In this document: positions 63,353 through 64,000 of the stretch, one piece after another
Position numbering within the stretch: the stretch's first letter is position 1
Layout of the letters: each line of letters starts with the position of its first letter
Origin: an uncultured delta proteobacterium
GTDB lineage: Bacteria > Desulfobacterota > Binatia > UBA9968
Assembly: GCA_963804165.1 (NCBI GenBank)
Contig: CAWDPO010000036.1
Span: 1 to 64,000, forward strand
Direction: 5' to 3'
Length of the DNA stretch: 64,000 nucleotides
Translations under genes and position numbers: made by a program
The notes under the pieces: model-generated
Database searches by the model: none
What the model saw: the letters and a program-made list of their open reading frames with translations, nothing else
What the model was told of the DNA's origin: nothing

Positions 63353-64000
63353 CTAGGGCTTCGAACTTATCCCTTGCGCGGCGTAGGCCTTGTCGATGAA
63401 GCCGCTTTCATCGAGCCGGCGAATGATGCGGTTGTCGATGACGTTTTCAATTTTGACTTCGCCGACTTTCGGACTTCTTAGTGCCATCAGACGCTGCACG
63501 TTGCGCAGTCCTTCGGGAGACGGATAGGGTTTGCGGTCCATGGCGCGATGGAGATCGGCATAGCCTTCTTCCGCAGCGGCAGCGTCGACTCTGAGCCGGC
63601 GCATGAACGTTCTGATCACGGTCGGCTTGTTTTTTGGCGCAAGCGAGAAGGCGATCGCCTCGATTTGAGCTTTCAACAAATTTTCCACCATATTGGCGCG
63701 CTGCTGCAAGAATTTGCCTTGCACGACGATCGCCTGGCTGGTGAACAGATGCTTCAATTCGGAATACTCGCCCGCAATGTTGAAGCCTTTCTGTTTCAGA
63801 CGGCGGCTAAATACGCCGTCGAGCACGGCAGCGTCGATGGTGCCGTTTTCCAGTGCTTGCATCTGAATACTTTGATCGCCGATGACTTGGAGCTGGATCT
63901 TGTCGCGCTGCTCATCGAGACCGAAATGCTCGAGCCAAAGCATGATGCCCATCCAAACCGTGCCGCCGATGCTGGTGACGCCGAAGCGTTTGCCGCGCAA
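63353..64000 (-). CDS. NMT1/TauA-like substrate-binding protein, 5'-partial (tandem paralogue)
   Basis: RGKRFGVTSIGG, QVIGDQ, DRKPYPS and LDESGFIDKAY match the neighbour. Confidence 0.85.
   Translation of the reverse strand: MRGKRFGVTSIGGTVWMGIMLWLEHFGLDEQRDKIQLQVIGDQSIQMQALENGTIDAAVLDGVFSRRLKQKGFNIAGEYSELKHLFTSQAIVVQGKFLQQRANMVENLLKAQIEAIAFSLAPKNKPTVIRTFMRRLRVDAAAAEEGYADLHRAMDRKPYPSPEGLRNVQRLMALRSPKVGEVKIENVIDNRIIRRLDESGFIDKAYAAQGISSKP

Overview
GC-rich bacterial chromosomal region with about 65 mostly metabolic genes. The gene mix (many orphan NMT1/TauA-like binding proteins, UbiD, Rieske, TPP enzymes, cupin, amidohydrolases) suggests Candidatus Binatia or a related Deltaproteobacteria-like lineage (inference only). 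About a dozen genes are split by single-base frameshifts, most simply explained as uncorrected long-read indels. The main finding is an IS110-family element of IS1111-type architecture (38402-39720) inserted at a TCA core inside a REP-like palindrome. Its ~200 bp downstream non-coding end has readable target and donor guide segments around hairpins (a bridge/seek-RNA layout), and joining the two ends would create a TTGACA-17-TAATAT promoter. Other notable items: an internally inverted and permuted GNAT gene; an IS630-like MITE carrying REP hairpins; a QseE/G/F(GlrK/R)-like triad with candidate sigma54 promoters and enhancer sites; five periodic inverted-repeat cassettes; a stand-alone LanC-like gene beside an S9 peptidase; and a candidate leader peptide upstream of an extended TerC. 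No rRNA, tRNA or CRISPR array was seen. All calls are by eye, without database searches.
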